A stretch of 64,000 bases of DNA from a virus. Each line of letters starts with the position of its first letter. Position 1 is the first letter of the stretch. Positions 8,665 through 19,328 of this stretch are shown piece after piece. Under the pieces are notes generated by a model that did no database searches, was not told where the DNA came from, and saw nothing but the letters and a program-made list of their open reading frames with translations. The DNA lies in the IMG/VR virus record IMGVR_UViG_3300041955_000531. One strand, written 5' to 3'. A program made the position numbers and the translations under genes.

Positions 8665-11600
8665 ATGTTTACCGGGTTCCTAAAAGCCGTTAAAAGCCTT
8701 GCAACCGAACATCCAGGTGTGGCCTTTGCCACTGCCTTTGCCTCGGCTACGGCCCCTATTTTCCTTAGGGATGAGAACCGCGGTTACTTCCGGACTGCCG
8801 TCATAACTACCCCTATCGTAGCGGCTATGGGTCTTGCCGGCCCGGGCTTGGTAACATCTGCCTCCCGCACAGCTCGAGCTGGCATGCAGTTCGCACGTGA
8901 GATGCCTATGTTTTTTGGTAGCAATAAAGCTACTAGATTCAAGGACTTACGTTCAGCTCTGGAAAAGACAGGTGGGGGTGCAGGAGCTCTCAATCCCATC
9001 TTCCGTACCTGGGCCGACAATGCGGCCGTAGACTTCTTCAGCCAGGTTGACCGCGGTGGTCCACCGATCGAGAAGAGCATGGAGCAGGCGGAGAACCTCT
9101 TTCATGAGCTTCTGGGCATGTCCAACAAGCGTGATCTGCTTACCTATGCTGTGGAAGGCGCCAGACAGCGGGTAGCTTCTCCGTTAGATCTTACTAGAGT
9201 TGCGCGCGGAGGTCCTCTGGCCGGCATGGCAGAGTCAGAGCTCCGCGGTATCGTCAACGCCAATAGAGCTGATCCCCGCTTCGTCAAGGAGTTGAGCAGC
9301 CGTCTTGGCTGGGCCAAGAAGCTCAAGGATCTCGGTCCGTTTGCTAATCCACTCAAGATGAGCATGACTGGGAAGACTACCAGTATGGAGTGGCTGGAAG
9401 CTTATGGTCAGTTGCATGGTCAGCGTCCAGAAGTGGCTGATGCTATTCAGCGCGCGATCCGTCAGGGACAGGTGTCCTCTGCTACGGTCGTTGCCGAGCA
9501 GGTGGCAGATGGAACTGTCGGCCGCATGCTGGGTGTCAATATCAAGGGTCCAAAGGGCGAACTTCATATTCCTCTGTTTGATCCCAAGACAGGATCCGTC
9601 AACATTGAAGGCAAGGTTGGAGTCGGGCGCCACATTCACACACCAGAACGAGTATTCGAACTGGATACATTCGTTGCTGAACACCTGACTCAGGATTGGG
9701 GAAAGCTGAAAGGTGACATTGGTCGTGCTGCTTATTTCGGCGGCGTGGTCCCCGAAGACCCATTCAAGCTTCAAACACGTCTTGAATCTCAGCTTGCCAA
9801 CCTTTCTCCACAAGCTCTGTATATCCGTTCTCGTGCTGCTATTCCTAGCAGCTTGCCTGTTTATGGAGGCAAGGTATTTGAGGATCTGTCAGACCTGGAA
9901 CGGATCCAGTACACTATCAAGATGCTGGGTCGTGGTATGACTCGCATTGGTTCTGAGGGAGGCACATCGAAAGGTGTGTTCGAGTTCGCTGAATCGGAAC
10001 TCTACATCCCGGGAGGTGCGCCTTCGCTCGCTAAGCAAACGTATTTCTATAGATCCTTCACCAAGGACTTGCAGCTGAAAGCTGAGACCATTGGTGAGGA
10101 GTTCCGTCCAAGCTTTACAACCTCCGCGGTTGAATCCATCGGAGGCGTTCCGGAAATACAGATGTCCGTGGCTGGTGTGTCGCCACAACAGAAGTCGCTG
10201 TTCGGCGACTTGCCGAAAACAGCAGAAGGATTGGCTGGCTATAAAGAGACTGCTATCCAACGTATACTCGCCGACAATCCAAAGCTGACACGCGCCCAGG
10301 CAGAAGCTGCTTGGGGTAAGATCAGTGGTAAGCTCGGAGAGAAGGGCTACCTAGAGGCCGGTCGCGGCCTGGGTGGACTAGGTGAAGGTGACATCATCCT
10401 CCACGAGAAGTTCCGCCGGCTGAAGATGGAGTCGCGTAAGAACGTCTATGTCGACAAGCTCCATCTCAATCCCGAGGATTACATCAAAAAGTCTCTCAGC
10501 CCAGAGACACTAATCGGATTTGAGGGTTTGAATCCTGTCACATCGGAAGCTCCTTCTACATTCATAGAAGGCTGGTCCACTACGCCTAGCGGTCAGTTTG
10601 AGCTCAAGCTGCGTCAGGAGTATCCAGTCGAGACAGGAGCTAAGATAGACATCGCTGGTGTGAAGGGTTTGGCTATAGTACCCGAGGAAGACATCTTCCG
10701 TCGCCAGGTCGAGCTGTTGAATCTATACGGTGAGGCTACTGGGTCTAAGACTGCTATCCCTAGCTTTGTGGAAGCTCTAGCTCCGCTACACTACATGCAA
10801 GCTAAGACTAGCGATCCTTTCCGCCTTATGGTATCGCAAGCAGCTGCCGTGTCTAGCGACATTGCTGCTAACAGTGTGCATCTAAAGGCTGACTGGGCAA
10901 ATCTGGAAGCGTTGGATCGTGTCGATAAGTACATGGCTGATCTTGCTGCTCAGGGTATTCGTGCGCAGCGTACTGGTACTGGAAACAATGTCTTCCGTCT
11001 GCTCGAAGATTCGGAATACGTACGCAGCCTGGATCTGGAAGGCCGTCGACTCCGTATGCAATCGGTGGGACAGCTCACAGAAGACTACCTGCGTGATGTT
11101 GCTGGCTTTGCTCAGCGCGGTGCTCCTGGAACCGAGGGTGAACTCTTCTCTGCCTTCAGACGCAGTGGTGAAGAAAGTCTGATGAACTACATGCAGAAGA
11201 ACGCCATGTTCTCCTTTGCGGCGTTCTGGGATAGCACTCGCCGTAATGTACCTCAGATGGTCGGCGCCACATACGATATGTTCTCCGAGATGTGGAGAGC
11301 TGGTAATGTGGAAGGTATGCGGGAGTTGATGAGCCGCTTGGATTTCCATGGTGGAGATCCGGGAAGAGCTTCTGCTTTTGCTGCCCAGTTCGTAGGTGGT
11401 GACTTCACCAAGCCTCTGGGGACTGTTATCCCCATAGAGGAGGCTGCAGCCAATCTCAGAATAGGCATGATGGAAGGCCGAGTTGGAGGTATCTTTGATC
11501 CCTCAAACAAGCTCGTCCAAGAGAACTTTTCTATCAAGCTCGATCAGCCGGTGTATGCGCGTGTGGCTGGGCGTGACCTTGAGGTTACTCACATTCCTGT

Positions 11601-13434
11601 CCTGGGTAAGCTGGCACATGGCGGTGGTAGCAACCTCTATGAAAAGATTGGTGAGGGTCTTACTTATAGCCCCACGGATTATGAAAAGACACTGGCGGAT
11701 GTAGTCAAGTGGCAGAAGGATCCCGTCATGATGTCCGCGGCGATCTCTGCCCACCTCGATGAAGCTCAGCGTGTACTGTTCGGAAAGGAAGGATTCTACC
11801 GTGCCCGCGGCACAGATGTTCTGGGAGCTGTGTCTGGCTTCATTCAGACGCGCGCCCAGGAAAACCCATTTGAACTCCTTATCAATGAGCAGATGGCCGG
11901 CCGAGTCCGCGACCCTGAGATCCGTAAAGCATTACTCGCCGGAGAAGATATCTACGCTACGGCTGCTCGTCACCCTATTCAGTCAGCTCCTTACATGCGT
12001 GTGAAGGTGGCTCCTGATGCTGGCATGGGTCCTAACATGGTCGGTATGGATGAGCGCATCCGTGGCTTGTTCGGCGCCGATGATGATAAGGATATCCTGA
12101 ATCTGTTCTTCTATCGCAAGGGTTCTCAAGCCGAACGTGAAGCCCAAGCTGCTATCAATGCTCTGAATAGCAACCAGTGGAGAAGCCTGAAGACCCTTGA
12201 GATGCTGTACGGGAGCGTTGAAGACTCACGCAACATCGCAGAAGCTGGTGTGAAGACTCTGCCTTCTATGCTTGAAGAAAGTCTTAAGTTGGCTAGTGCA
12301 GGTGGAAGAGCAGAACAAGTCACACAGCGTATGGCTGGTGGTGTGGTTGGTGCTTACTCGAACTTGCTGACTCGTTTGTACATGAACGTCGAGATGCATC
12401 CTACGATCGGTGTGAAGCCGATGGAAAGAGATCTCCTCGGTCACATGCTGTGGACGATCCGTCAGGTACCTATCTCTGCCCAGAAGGGCAAGATGAAGTT
12501 GAATCCTGAGGATCCTCTGGGGTTGTACAGAAGACTGGTAGGTGGTTTGGAATCTCGCACGCCAGAAGGTGTGGCTAAGTTCACCGAAGGTATGAGAGAA
12601 GTCATCGCTGGTTACGGTAAGGAATCGATCATTACCGCAGAGACTGCTCCTTTGTTTGAAGAGCTTACTGGGATGAAGGTAGCTCCTGGCACTAAGCGGA
12701 ATGTCTTGATGGACGTGCTGGACTCCGAGAAGTTCCAAGGTACACTCTCCGAGTTTATCACAGGACGTAATGTTAGGGCAGATCGTGCTGCCGAGCTTCT
12801 GACTAAGGCAACTACGGATATGGAGGGTGATTCCCTCTATCGTCTGCAAGCTTTGTACAAGGAGATGGGTACGCCTCCTCCTTGGTTGATTGGCCTGGCG
12901 CGCGAGAAAGGCTCGGGGATGTCTGTATCCAAGGTCCTCGGAGCTATCAATGAAGGCCTCAAGAGTACTTATAGAGAGTCCAAAGGTAACCTAGGTGTTC
13001 TGGCTATTGGAGTCGGAGCCGCGGCTGTAGGAGCAGTTCTTACCAGCCATGTCAAGAAGGTTACTCCGACGCAGGCTACTTTCGGTCGGCCGCGTGGGAA
13101 CTTCAGACCAGAGACTACCGAGACTGTAACAGATCAAGTCCCGGGCGAGCCAATAACCGGTGCTATGTCTTCTGTTAACCCACCTCGTCGTCAGCTTCCT
13201 CTGCGTGGTGGTACATCTACAACGATCGTGGCGCCAATGCGCCAGCGTACAGATCTGGAAGTAAGAATGAAGGCTCAGAATCGCCAGGATACGATTGAAA
13301 TGCAACGTATGATTAGTCAGATCTCTGGCAATAATGGTGTATCAAATATCAATGTGAACTATCGCAACGGATGGAGAAACAAGATGAGTACTCTCCGCCG
13401 TCGTGAGACGATTCGAGAACAACTGGAATCCTAA
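8665..13434 (+). CDS. Putative virion single-chain two-barrel (DPBB) RNA polymerase
   Basis: Collinear motifs: GEGDIILHEKF and ETGAKIDIAGVKG (beta-like), then LFGKEGFYR, ARHP and FGADDDKD (beta'-like DxDxD), then GVVGAYSN and QVPISAQKG. Confidence 0.75.
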   Translation: MFTGFLKAVKSLATEHPGVAFATAFASATAPIFLRDENRGYFRTAVITTPIVAAMGLAGPGLVTSASRTARAGMQFAREMPMFFGSNKATRFKDLRSALEKTGGGAGALNPIFRTWADNAAVDFFSQVDRGGPPIEKSMEQAENLFHELLGMSNKRDLLTYAVEGARQRVASPLDLTRVARGGPLAGMAESELRGIVNANRADPRFVKELSSRLGWAKKLKDLGPFANPLKMSMTGKTTSMEWLEAYGQLHGQRPEVADAIQRAIRQGQVSSATVVAEQVADGTVGRMLGVNIKGPKGELHIPLFDPKTGSVNIEGKVGVGRHIHTPERVFELDTFVAEHLTQDWGKLKGDIGRAAYFGGVVPEDPFKLQTRLESQLANLSPQALYIRSRAAIPSSLPVYGGKVFEDLSDLERIQYTIKMLGRGMTRIGSEGGTSKGVFEFAESELYIPGGAPSLAKQTYFYRSFTKDLQLKAETIGEEFRPSFTTSAVESIGGVPEIQMSVAGVSPQQKSLFGDLPKTAEGLAGYKETAIQRILADNPKLTRAQAEAAWGKISGKLGEKGYLEAGRGLGGLGEGDIILHEKFRRLKMESRKNVYVDKLHLNPEDYIKKSLSPETLIGFEGLNPVTSEAPSTFIEGWSTTPSGQFELKLRQEYPVETGAKIDIAGVKGLAIVPEEDIFRRQVELLNLYGEATGSKTAIPSFVEALAPLHYMQAKTSDPFRLMVSQAAAVSSDIAANSVHLKADWANLEALDRVDKYMADLAAQGIRAQRTGTGNNVFRLLEDSEYVRSLDLEGRRLRMQSVGQLTEDYLRDVAGFAQRGAPGTEGELFSAFRRSGEESLMNYMQKNAMFSFAAFWDSTRRNVPQMVGATYDMFSEMWRAGNVEGMRELMSRLDFHGGDPGRASAFAAQFVGGDFTKPLGTVIPIEEAAANLRIGMMEGRVGGIFDPSNKLVQENFSIKLDQPVYARVAGRDLEVTHIPVLGKLAHGGGSNLYEKIGEGLTYSPTDYEKTLADVVKWQKDPVMMSAAISAHLDEAQRVLFGKEGFYRARGTDVLGAVSGFIQTRAQENPFELLINEQMAGRVRDPEIRKALLAGEDIYATAARHPIQSAPYMRVKVAPDAGMGPNMVGMDERIRGLFGADDDKDILNLFFYRKGSQAEREAQAAINALNSNQWRSLKTLEMLYGSVEDSRNIAEAGVKTLPSMLEESLKLASAGGRAEQVTQRMAGGVVGAYSNLLTRLYMNVEMHPTIGVKPMERDLLGHMLWTIRQVPISAQKGKMKLNPEDPLGLYRRLVGGLESRTPEGVAKFTEGMREVIAGYGKESIITAETAPLFEELTGMKVAPGTKRNVLMDVLDSEKFQGTLSEFITGRNVRADRAAELLTKATTDMEGDSLYRLQALYKEMGTPPPWLIGLAREKGSGMSVSKVLGAINEGLKSTYRESKGNLGVLAIGVGAAAVGAVLTSHVKKVTPTQATFGRPRGNFRPETTETVTDQVPGEPITGAMSSVNPPRRQLPLRGGTSTTIVAPMRQRTDLEVRMKAQNRQDTIEMQRMISQISGNNGVSNINVNYRNGWRNKMSTLRRRETIREQLES

Positions 13435-16400
13435 TGGGACAGATAATCACAACTCGAGATGACAATCAAGCGGGATACTTCCGTATTGGTAACCTTGTAC
13501 TGAACATTCCTCCGGAACAGATTCAGTGCCACAAGGTTATCAACGGCGAAGAGGTTATGCCTCTGCGCTTCCCGTTCGCTATTCCTATCAAGACTGGTCA
13601 GTCGCGTTGGGATGTAACGTGGACCTGGAAGTGCGTTGCTGATTATGATAATGCCGACTACTCAGCATGGACTGATGTACAGATGCTCCTGGCTATGTTT
13701 AAGGCTGCTCCCTTCGTTGAAGTAGAGAACGATCATATCCGTCAGATCGTGAACCCTGCGGTTCTAACTCAAGGGGCTACTGCAGATGACGTTATGGCTT
13801 TTGCTCTGCGTCAGATGCGTGTGGAAACTAATCCTGATTTGATTGACACGCTGCAAGTTACCATGACGATGTCGTACTTCAACTATCGTCCGTACTCCAA
13901 GAACTTCCAGTATGATGATTGGACAGGCAACTCTACTTCCAGTGCTCTGAACTCGCCACTTTTCACAGCTTACTTGTTGAACTGGATCCAGACGAATCTG
14001 AACAGTGATCCTACCCAACAGCCTGATACAGGTATGACTGTCTCCTCCACGAACTGGCAGGGACAGATACCTGGCAGTATTACGTTTACTGCGCGCGAGT
14101 ATGCTGCTTGCGCACTGCCTAATGATACAGGTCTCAATCCTCCGCCGGCCGGATCTGGAGCCCTCAATCCAGCCAATCCTGGAGCCACTCGACAGGGTAC
14201 TGCTGCACAGGGGAAAGCCAGCGCTGGAAACTTCGTAGATAACATCGTTATCGACACAACTGATATACACAATCCTGCTATTCAGTGGTGGGTGAAGTCT
14301 GCTGCCTTTCCGGAATCCAACAACAACTATTCGGCGATCAACAAGTCTACAGTGACCAATACCGGCAAGCCTTCGGCTGCAGTAGGTCTTCTGCAGTGGG
14401 TGCGCGCGGCTGCTATTGATGCTATGAAGGCAGCTGATACTTATCTTGGCACACACTATGTTTCTGTGGCTGTGCAGAGTGGTTATCTGGTTGCTGCTCG
14501 TACTAACAATGGATACAACTGGGCATCTAAGTCTGTTCCAAGTCCACAGTCAACAGATCCTGTATTGGCAACCTATATCTCTTGGATGATGAGCCCGCCT
14601 ATCACAGGTGGACAAGCCCAGCTTCAGAATGACATGGCTACAGGTTGGGCTATCCTCAAGCTGCGTGCTAACAATGGTTCTGCTCTGTCGGCTTGGGAAG
14701 CACATCGTTTTGGACAAGGCATCGTGAATAATGGACAAGGTTCTCCAAGTATGGATAACACTTGGTTCACGAAGGCTACGAATACTTACCGCACACTATC
14801 GAATGATCCAAATGCTTTCACTCCTCAGGAAGGTACAATACCGCCTGCTGGTAATCCTAACCCGGCAACGAATACTACTCCAGTGGTAAGCGGTAACAAC
14901 ACAAACACACCTCCAAACATTTCTAACTCAACCAACCCACCACCGACTGCGACAACTCCGCCGCCGATGACAACGCAGATTCGCTATCTGTTGAACAACA
15001 ACTATACGTATGACTACGCTACTGAGTCTGCTGCGTTCCTATACAAAGAACACTACATCAAGATGACAGCTAAGGAGAATGATGATCAGCCGGCCAGCTC
15101 GGATATCGAAGATATAGATCCAGAGCACTTTATCTATCCGATGCAGATCTCTGTTGTGTTCGTCAATAACATCTCCCAGATCCCGTTGGCTGGGTATCAG
15201 TATCCGACCTATCAGCACTTGGGTCCTGGGTCTACACTGGTGTCTGTTGGCTTGCTGTCGAATGCCAAGATTCCAGAAGCTGCTGACAGTTATCCAGAAC
15301 CGGAACATACTGGACTCAGCTTGCTGTCCAACATGACTAAGATGCTGGAAGATCAGTTCCAGAGCTTGCGCAATGAGTGGCGCCGTGTGAACTCTATTCA
15401 TCGTATGCAATCGATAGCAGTCCAGAACCAAGTCCTTAACATGCTGGGTATTCGCGGCTTGTTGACAAAAGAACTGACAACTGAAACCATACCTGAAGCA
15501 GCAAGTGAAGTAACTGCCCAGTACAATGCCATTCAATATGAGAACGTCTATTATGCTGAGGGCCCAAATCCATATCAGGTGAATACAACACCCTTTGGAT
15601 TCTCTCAAATCTGGCTGAAGATCCTGCGTGACGGCACGATCGTCAATGACTTCTCTGGTGATACATCACTCACTGCCTTGGTGAACTTGGCAAAGATGAT
15701 GACGTATTCAAATACAGTATCTACCGCTGTTTCTTCAGTGACGGGTACTACTGCTACTGGAGCAGAAGCTAATCAGTTCTTGTGGAACTGGTTAACTCAG
15801 CAATCACCGACTGTAACACCAGCCGGAGGTGCAGTATCAGGTGCTATTGGGGGTGTTGCATTAGGCACAGCGGTGCAGCAAGCGCTTACGCATTTTCTGG
15901 CTCCGCCTCCTATCTCTAGTGAAGCTTACAATGTGTTGTCTCCTGCTCCTTTCGAGCAACAGGAGCAACTGCTGATGGTTAAGTTGCTAGATGAGTTTCC
16001 AAGCAGCCTGACGGGTCTGAGAGACAATACCTTCACCGAAGACTTCCCAGATATAGCGAATCGAATCAAGAGTCATGGTGGTCAGTTAAACTACTCCGAC
16101 TATTTCCTGATTAAGAACTGGCCAACTCTATCTGAGCTGCCGGATTATCAGCTGTTTCAAACCTACTCCAAGAATATTGATGCCCGTGTCTCTGCGGCTC
16201 TGGCTGCGGATCCTGCTTTAGAGTCACCAGTCAATCAGCTGTGGGATCAGTTTGTAGGCTTTGCCTATGCTAACAACTATCAGTTGATTCGTGACCAAAT
16301 GCAACGCGCGCAGTCGTCTCCACAGCTGAAACCTCTGTTTGTGACAACACAGACGACTACCACACCTGGTAATGCTCAGCTCCCAGGACACTCGTGCTAT

Positions 16401-19292
16401 CTGGATATGGGTCTCAAAGATGTTACATACGTCGGCCGCGATAACAATCCGGCCATGTACTTCCATGATGACAATGCTGACTTGATTGCCAGTATGCAGA
16501 AGCAGATCACTTCCATTGTTTCGCAGACAATGACTTCGGTAACAAACTTCGAACAAGTAACTCCTAATGTCGACACAGGGAAGCTGGTTCATACAAATAC
16601 AGCATCCTTCACGGGTAATGCACAGGCTATCATTTCAAATGTTAAGCCTTCTAGCTACACGATGTCCAAGGCATTCCCCACATTCAAGTTGTTCCTGATG
16701 GAAGACAACGCGCAGAAACCGTTTTATGCTTACGATAACTTCTACTCGTACGCTACGGTTCTTGACATGGAGATCATTCGCTATCGGGATAGACCCGACA
16801 CAGCGGTCATTCAGGTCTCCAATCTACTGCACATGCTGGATCAGCACATGTTCGATGGCACGCCGCAAGGTCGCCAGGAAGCAAGACTGCACGCGCCGGT
16901 AACAACTAATATACCAGCCGATCAGCAGCTTGTCATCCCTGCTGGTGGTGTGGCTAGTATGGATATCAATCAGCCTACAGCTGATGCATGGACTCTTGAC
17001 AATCGATTCCCTCAGATCGCGGCCCATCATCCTGTTGACACTACTACAGCGAATCGCCAGATCGATAACAAGTTTCCGCTTCGTTATTTTGCTCTGCAAA
17101 CAGGCACTAAGGTACAGGTGCGTATGGGGTTCTCGAATAACCCTGACTTGCTTGTGCCTGTCTTTACCGGCCAGGTAACGCAAATCGAAGGTGACGAGAT
17201 TCTCTCGATCGTTTGCCAGAGTTACATGCTCGAACTGGTTGTGCCGGCTCAAGATGAGATCCGTAAGGATGGATTCACGATTGATGGCCGCATCAATAAG
17301 CTGACCAATGCTCTAGTGAAGAGTGTTCGCGATTTCCCTAGCAATATACCTAATATTCCAGGTGATTTGCTTGGTGGTATCTTTGGTAATACACCTGCCT
17401 TTGGAGGCAACAGCACTGTTGGAGGCTATAAGATTCCTGGGCTTAACTCTCCAGGTGGGACTGTGGCTGATGTTATGAGTGCCATGCTGGGTGTTAGCAC
17501 AGCTAAGCATTTTGGTCGTTGGCAGCTTGGCGCTCCGACGGATCACTATATCAAGGGCCACAACTGGAACACCCTGCTGGGTTCAGTCTTGATTCTGACT
17601 AGCAGTTCGCCTCTGACTGCTGGGGCAACCGGTTTGGAATCAGGCTATGATCGTAGCTTTGAGAACATTCTAACAACACACATCTTTGGACCAGATGGTA
17701 CAGCTGTAGCTGATGCAAATGGTGGAGCTCGTACGTGGTGGTACGAACTGCCGGGCGGCTATGGTTCGCCAGAGTACTATATTCCCAAGGACTCTATCAT
17801 GACTCCTTGGACGTATATCCAGGACATCGCGCGCCGCTATCCTGAGTTTATCCTCGCCGTTAAGCAATATGGTTTTCCATATACTGCGGATGCTACTCTT
17901 GTGTTTGCTAATCCACACGATTTCTATTCTTCGCGTACGCCAGTGCCAGGCGAAGTCGAGTTGCAGCAGCAGGCAGCTTCAGATACGACCCAGTTTAATC
18001 TCTGGTGGACAGGTGGCACCAATAGTGGACAGGCTCAGTTCAGGGCCTTCTGCAATGGTGTTGGTTCTCAATGGGCCTCTAGTGCAGAGAACCAATACGA
18101 ATATACTCTGAATGGCGCCACAGAAGGCTCAGAGTTCTATACTTTCTTCATAGCTACTGTGGGTGCAACTTTACAAAGTCCTAATGCGGCCGCTGATAAG
18201 ATGATAGGCTACATCAATGGTGGTGGGCCTGGAGTCTTCTTCAACATCACTAATATCTTCGCGCAGCAGATGGCAAGTAATGTTTCTTCTCTTGGCTTGG
18301 TTATAGGCACGACTCCTGGCAAAACCATCTCTCCATTCCAAGGTGAACAGGGTCTTCAGCAACTAGTCCAGAACTACTATACTTGGCTGAATCAACAGAC
18401 TCAACCAGGTGCCAATCTGGCTGTGAACGCTCGTATGAAACCCGTCCGTCGTTGGCACTTAGTGAATGGTGACAACATCATTCATAATGGTATCAATCTG
18501 AATGAGAACTTCTACAACACAGTCCGTTTGGTGAATCAGACGTTACCAGCGAACGAAGCGATCCCATCACAGTATCGTCGTATGTTGCTTGCTGATCCAT
18601 TCATTGTGGACAAGAAGAACATCAAGGGTGATACACCTTACACGAATGCTTACATGCAGAGCTTTTTGCGTGATGAACTAGCTAAGGCTTATCGTGGTGA
18701 GCTTGTGCTTCTTGGTAACCCGGAGATCGAGCCTTTCGATGTCCTGATGCTTCTGGATCCTTCCACTGGCATCTCGGGCCCAGTTGAGGTTGATAGTGTG
18801 ATCCACTCATTCAATCAGGAAACTGGCTTCATTACGATCGTGCGTCCACGCGCGTTTGTTGTGATCAATGATAAGCTGAGCATGCCTATACACCAGGCTG
18901 TGTGGGATATGCTGACCAGAATGGAAACCCAGATTGAAGGTTGGACGATACACAATCCACTAATCAATAGCTCTAACTTGCCTGTGGTTCAGGCTGAGTT
19001 AGGTATTCTTGCCTTGATTGGCGCCGCGGCTATCAGTCCTTGGATTGCTGTGCCGGCCGCGCTAGCAGGCGGAGCGGCTATCTTCTGGACTGGTAAGGTC
19101 GTTAACCGCCTCAATCCAATGGGGATTGCTCCGCTTACCCGCTTCCAGAGACCCTGGATTTCAGGTCTCGAAGGCTGGAAGGTGGACGATGTCCTGGGTA
19201 CTTTGCAGACAAAGTGGCAGTATTTCAAGGAAGACGAAATCGAGCCCCTTATGTTCTCGTTCCGCCAGGCCCGCAATATGGGTCTTATCTAA
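13434..19292 (+). CDS. Baseplate hub-like giant virion protein with lytic transglycosylase-like motif
   Basis: ESNNNYSAIN...AVGLLQW (SLT motif I/II); VQVRMGFSNN...VFTGQVTQI and C-terminal GELVLLGNPEIEPFD...VDSVIHSF hub-type motifs. Confidence 0.7.
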   Translation: MGQIITTRDDNQAGYFRIGNLVLNIPPEQIQCHKVINGEEVMPLRFPFAIPIKTGQSRWDVTWTWKCVADYDNADYSAWTDVQMLLAMFKAAPFVEVENDHIRQIVNPAVLTQGATADDVMAFALRQMRVETNPDLIDTLQVTMTMSYFNYRPYSKNFQYDDWTGNSTSSALNSPLFTAYLLNWIQTNLNSDPTQQPDTGMTVSSTNWQGQIPGSITFTAREYAACALPNDTGLNPPPAGSGALNPANPGATRQGTAAQGKASAGNFVDNIVIDTTDIHNPAIQWWVKSAAFPESNNNYSAINKSTVTNTGKPSAAVGLLQWVRAAAIDAMKAADTYLGTHYVSVAVQSGYLVAARTNNGYNWASKSVPSPQSTDPVLATYISWMMSPPITGGQAQLQNDMATGWAILKLRANNGSALSAWEAHRFGQGIVNNGQGSPSMDNTWFTKATNTYRTLSNDPNAFTPQEGTIPPAGNPNPATNTTPVVSGNNTNTPPNISNSTNPPPTATTPPPMTTQIRYLLNNNYTYDYATESAAFLYKEHYIKMTAKENDDQPASSDIEDIDPEHFIYPMQISVVFVNNISQIPLAGYQYPTYQHLGPGSTLVSVGLLSNAKIPEAADSYPEPEHTGLSLLSNMTKMLEDQFQSLRNEWRRVNSIHRMQSIAVQNQVLNMLGIRGLLTKELTTETIPEAASEVTAQYNAIQYENVYYAEGPNPYQVNTTPFGFSQIWLKILRDGTIVNDFSGDTSLTALVNLAKMMTYSNTVSTAVSSVTGTTATGAEANQFLWNWLTQQSPTVTPAGGAVSGAIGGVALGTAVQQALTHFLAPPPISSEAYNVLSPAPFEQQEQLLMVKLLDEFPSSLTGLRDNTFTEDFPDIANRIKSHGGQLNYSDYFLIKNWPTLSELPDYQLFQTYSKNIDARVSAALAADPALESPVNQLWDQFVGFAYANNYQLIRDQMQRAQSSPQLKPLFVTTQTTTTPGNAQLPGHSCYLDMGLKDVTYVGRDNNPAMYFHDDNADLIASMQKQITSIVSQTMTSVTNFEQVTPNVDTGKLVHTNTASFTGNAQAIISNVKPSSYTMSKAFPTFKLFLMEDNAQKPFYAYDNFYSYATVLDMEIIRYRDRPDTAVIQVSNLLHMLDQHMFDGTPQGRQEARLHAPVTTNIPADQQLVIPAGGVASMDINQPTADAWTLDNRFPQIAAHHPVDTTTANRQIDNKFPLRYFALQTGTKVQVRMGFSNNPDLLVPVFTGQVTQIEGDEILSIVCQSYMLELVVPAQDEIRKDGFTIDGRINKLTNALVKSVRDFPSNIPNIPGDLLGGIFGNTPAFGGNSTVGGYKIPGLNSPGGTVADVMSAMLGVSTAKHFGRWQLGAPTDHYIKGHNWNTLLGSVLILTSSSPLTAGATGLESGYDRSFENILTTHIFGPDGTAVADANGGARTWWYELPGGYGSPEYYIPKDSIMTPWTYIQDIARRYPEFILAVKQYGFPYTADATLVFANPHDFYSSRTPVPGEVELQQQAASDTTQFNLWWTGGTNSGQAQFRAFCNGVGSQWASSAENQYEYTLNGATEGSEFYTFFIATVGATLQSPNAAADKMIGYINGGGPGVFFNITNIFAQQMASNVSSLGLVIGTTPGKTISPFQGEQGLQQLVQNYYTWLNQQTQPGANLAVNARMKPVRRWHLVNGDNIIHNGINLNENFYNTVRLVNQTLPANEAIPSQYRRMLLADPFIVDKKNIKGDTPYTNAYMQSFLRDELAKAYRGELVLLGNPEIEPFDVLMLLDPSTGISGPVEVDSVIHSFNQETGFITIVRPRAFVVINDKLSMPIHQAVWDMLTRMETQIEGWTIHNPLINSSNLPVVQAELGILALIGAAAISPWIAVPAALAGGAAIFWTGKVVNRLNPMGIAPLTRFQRPWISGLEGWKVDDVLGTLQTKWQYFKEDEIEPLMFSFRQARNMGLI

Positions 19293-19302
19293 CCGCGCGA
19301 TA

Positions 19303-19317
19303 TGGTATACTAATCAG
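19303..19317 (+). promoter_or_regulatory. Phage promoter-like motif TGGTATACTAATCAG
   Basis: Extended -10-like element in an intergenic gap directly before a GAGGAGG RBS; the same 12-mer recurs in three other intergenic or gene-end positions. Confidence 0.65.
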
Positions 19318-19328
19318 AGGAGGTAGAT

